This document shows positions 56,871-59,133 of a stretch of DNA of 59,133 nucleotides, in pieces (the first letter of the stretch is position 1; each line of letters starts with the position of its first letter). The notes beneath the pieces are model-generated. The model ran no database searches. It saw only the letters and a list, made by a program, of their open reading frames with translations, and was not told where the DNA came from. The stretch comes from Bacteroidales bacterium (GTDB taxonomy: Bacteria; Bacteroidota; Bacteroidia; Bacteroidales; UBA4417), in assembly GCA_038322655.1 (NCBI GenBank), contig JBBQGD010000002.1, positions 1 through 59,133 on the forward strand, read 5' to 3'. Made by a program: the position numbers and the translations under genes.

Positions 56871-56906
56871 AAACGGATGATTCTGTTTATTACAGGTTAT
56901 CCGTTT
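56871..56906 (+). terminator. Terminator-like hairpin at the end of the glycan-utilisation gene string
   Basis: AAACGGAT / ATCCGTTT 8-bp stem with a 20-nt loop, followed by TTATT. Lies 22 nt after the GH3 stop. The long loop lowers confidence. Confidence 0.45.
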
Positions 56907-56934
56907 TTATTAAACATTTGAATTTCCCCATATC

Positions 56935-57684
56935 ATGATAGAACTGACTGAAAATGAACTGACAATCTACTCCGGTTTCAAAATAACCTCCGCTGATACT
57001 GATATGTATATGCGTATTAAAACTGGAGGGCTGGTAAATCTTCTAATTCAATCAGCAATAAATTCAGCTGAAAGTCTTGGATTCGGGTTTAAAAACCTGA
57101 AGGAACAAAAACTATTTTGGGTACTCAGTCGACTTACTGTTGAAATTTATAACCCACTAACCTGGAACCAGGAAGCGATAGTTGAAACCTGGCCCAAATC
57201 GGTTGAGGGATTGCTCTATACTCGCGATTATATTATCCGCGATAATTTGCAAAATATAATTGCACGTGCTACATCGGGCTGGCTTGCTATTGATACTTTG
57301 ACGAAAAAACCAAAAATAATGGATGGTATTCAGGCAGAGATGTTTGTCCATTTAAAGGATAAACATGGATTGAGTGAATCGCCCGAGAAATTATCAGGAA
57401 CTCCTGGGGGAGATCCTTTCAGTGTGCAATCCGGTTATTTCGATTTTGATCTGAACAGGCATGTTACTTCAACACGTTACATCGACTGGATGATGGATAC
57501 CTTCACTTTTGAATTTCATAAAAACCATTTTCCAAAAAGGTTATCGGTAAATTTTATGAAGGAAACTTTGCCCGGTGATTCACTCAGTATCAAGCGTTCC
57601 TCAGTTGATGGTCAGCAGTACGCGTTTGAAGGAATAAACCATTTCCATAAAACAGTTGCTTTCAGGGGTAAAATAGATTTTTGA
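56935..57684 (+). CDS. Acyl-[acyl-carrier-protein] thioesterase
   Basis: 249 aa. Double hot-dog layout with LFWVLSRL, WLAID..TKKP and DLNRHV motifs typical of FatA/B-like bacterial acyl-ACP thioesterases. Confidence 0.8.
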   Translation: MIELTENELTIYSGFKITSADTDMYMRIKTGGLVNLLIQSAINSAESLGFGFKNLKEQKLFWVLSRLTVEIYNPLTWNQEAIVETWPKSVEGLLYTRDYIIRDNLQNIIARATSGWLAIDTLTKKPKIMDGIQAEMFVHLKDKHGLSESPEKLSGTPGGDPFSVQSGYFDFDLNRHVTSTRYIDWMMDTFTFEFHKNHFPKRLSVNFMKETLPGDSLSIKRSSVDGQQYAFEGINHFHKTVAFRGKIDF

Positions 57685-57730
57685 AATGATTTGAATTCAA
57701 CTTTAAGTCATTCACAACCTAAACATCCCT

Positions 57731-58480
57731 CTACTTGTCGAGCCATTCCTTAAAATCCTGAACACGTTCGCGGGCCACGATAATATCTTCATCACCGATC
57801 CCCTCAATTTTCAACCGCAGCCTGCTGTTGGTCCATGCCACCATATTGGTGCAAGCCTGGATGGAAACAATATATTTGCGACTTATCCTGAAACAAATTG
57901 AAGGATCCAATAGATTGTCCAACTGATCAATGGAATAATCAACAGTGTAATCCCTGTTGGATACGGTATGGATAAAGGTTGCTTTTTCAAGGCTATAGAA
58001 AGCCAGTATTTCCTCAATTGGAATACTTTTTATTTTATCCCCAACCTTAACCATAAACCTCGATTTATAGGTTTTGGAATTTGCAGCGTTACTGATGGAT
58101 AATAACTTTTCAAAGGCCAGGGAAGGTGAAAATATTCTAGTTTTTTCAATGGCTTGCTTCAGCCGATCCTCTTCTACTGGTTTTAAAAGGTAATCGATTC
58201 CATTGGTTTTAAATGCTTCGATAGCATAATGATCGTATGCCGTGGTAAATATGATAGGACATTTTATTGTTACCTGCCCGAAGATCTCGAAACTCAGTCC
58301 GTCGGCAAGTTGAACATCAGAGAATATTATATCAATTTCGGTATGTGCAGCCAGAAAAGGAACCGCATCGCGAACCGACTCAAGTTTGGCCAAAATTTTC
58401 ATTTCGGGCGCCACTTTTTGTATCAGCCGCTCAAGGTAATTCGCAGCACGCGCTTCATCTTCAAGTATAACTACATTCAT
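57731..58480 (-). CDS. LytR/AlgR-family response regulator (receiver plus LytTR DNA-binding domain)
   Basis: Receiver motifs (VVILEDE, IIFSDVQLADG, YLLKP). C-terminal LytTR-type region (FIHT...FRISRKYIV). 4-nt overlap with the upstream kinase gene. Confidence 0.85.
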   Translation of the reverse strand: MNVVILEDEARAANYLERLIQKVAPEMKILAKLESVRDAVPFLAAHTEIDIIFSDVQLADGLSFEIFGQVTIKCPIIFTTAYDHYAIEAFKTNGIDYLLKPVEEDRLKQAIEKTRIFSPSLAFEKLLSISNAANSKTYKSRFMVKVGDKIKSIPIEEILAFYSLEKATFIHTVSNRDYTVDYSIDQLDNLLDPSICFRISRKYIVSIQACTNMVAWTNSRLRLKIEGIGDEDIIVARERVQDFKEWLDK

Positions 58481-59133
58481 TTTTGCGAGACTTTTAAAAT
58501 GGGTACTCGTACCTGGAACTTGCTGTCCGAATCACTCACCTCTATCTGCCTGTCAGTAAAATAGCTGAATTGCTGAATGATATTTTTCAGGCCGGTATTT
58601 TTTGAATCCTCCCCTACTTTTTTTATACGCAGTGAATTTACAACTTCCAGGTAGGAATCGTTGCGGAAAATATGGATTTGCAGGGGAAAAGCCTCTGAAA
58701 CTTCATTGTGCTTTACTGCATTTTCGACCAGCAATTGCAATGTCATCGGAACAATCAACTCATCCGGTGCAGCTTCCAGGTCTATTTTCAGATCCAGCTT
58801 TTCCTCGAACCTGGTTTTTAAAAGATAGATATAGGAATGCATAAATTCAATCTCATCCTTCAGAGGCACCAGTTCCTTGTCGCGGCTATCAAGCACATAC
58901 CTGAATAACCCGCTCAGCTGGTTAATAAATTTTACAGCCATGGCCTGGTCGGCATAAACCAGGTCGCTCAGCACATTAAAACTATTGAAAAGAAAATGAG
59001 GATTGATCTGGTTTCGTAAAGCTTCGTACCGGTAAGCCATCATTTCGGTATTGAGCTCCTCAGCTTTGGCAACCGCCTTTTTCCACGCTTTGAAAAATCC
59101 TATGGCTGTAAATATCAGCGAAATATTAAATGA
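58477..59133 (-). CDS. LytS/YehU-type sensor histidine kinase, C-terminal part (5' end outside the window)
   Basis: His_kinase motif ALRNQINPHFLFNSFN plus an HATPase_c region (LLVENAVKHN). The frame stays open from 59043 to the window edge (..SFNISLIFTAIGFFKAWKK..), so the membrane sensor part is truncated. Confidence 0.8.
   Translation of the reverse strand, partial: SFNISLIFTAIGFFKAWKKAVAKAEELNTEMMAYRYEALRNQINPHFLFNSFNVLSDLVYADQAMAVKFINQLSGLFRYVLDSRDKELVPLKDEIEFMHSYIYLLKTRFEEKLDLKIDLEAAPDELIVPMTLQLLVENAVKHNEVSEAFPLQIHIFRNDSYLEVVNSLRIKKVGEDSKNTGLKNIIQQFSYFTDRQIEVSDSDSKFQVRVPILKVSQK

Overview
The window has two parts that differ in composition and apparent taxonomy. They are joined at a 236-nt heptamer tandem repeat (11934-12169).

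LEFT (1-11.9 kb): roughly 50% GC in hand-sampled lines, with Shine-Dalgarno motifs and GTG/TTG starts. It is an amino-acid uptake and conversion block. It contains a threonine-synthase-like fragment, a secreted beta-propeller protein, and a minus-strand livK-H-M-G-F ABC operon ending in a class-V PLP enzyme. An aldo/keto reductase and an overlapping ornithine-cyclodeaminase / threonine-dehydratase-like pair follow.

RIGHT (12.2-59.1 kb): roughly 40% GC in hand-sampled lines, no SD sites, A-rich leaders, lipoprotein signals and a SusC/SusD pair, all Bacteroidota-type traits. It starts with aroB, a DUF255 thioredoxin-fold protein, proline dehydrogenase and a GH89 alpha-N-acetylglucosaminidase.

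Next comes a membrane-tethered Y_Y_Y/LuxR sensor-regulator and a ~31-kb co-directional polysaccharide utilisation locus (25489-56848). I interpret this locus as targeting beta-1,2-glucan. It holds SusC/SusD, a LamG lipoprotein and five GH144-like paralogues. It also holds a 1060-aa discoidin plus putative six-hairpin protein of unassigned family and a GPH/MFS symporter with a ~210-aa insertion. A cytoplasmic GH35-like enzyme, an embedded KilA-N gene, a 1113-aa GH94-like phosphorylase, GH43, an SGNH esterase and GH3 complete it.

The window ends with an acyl-ACP thioesterase and a LytTR/His_kinase pair that is cut by the window edge. I recognised no rRNA, tRNA, CRISPR array, integrase or transposase. 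All family assignments come from motif recognition by eye, not from searches.
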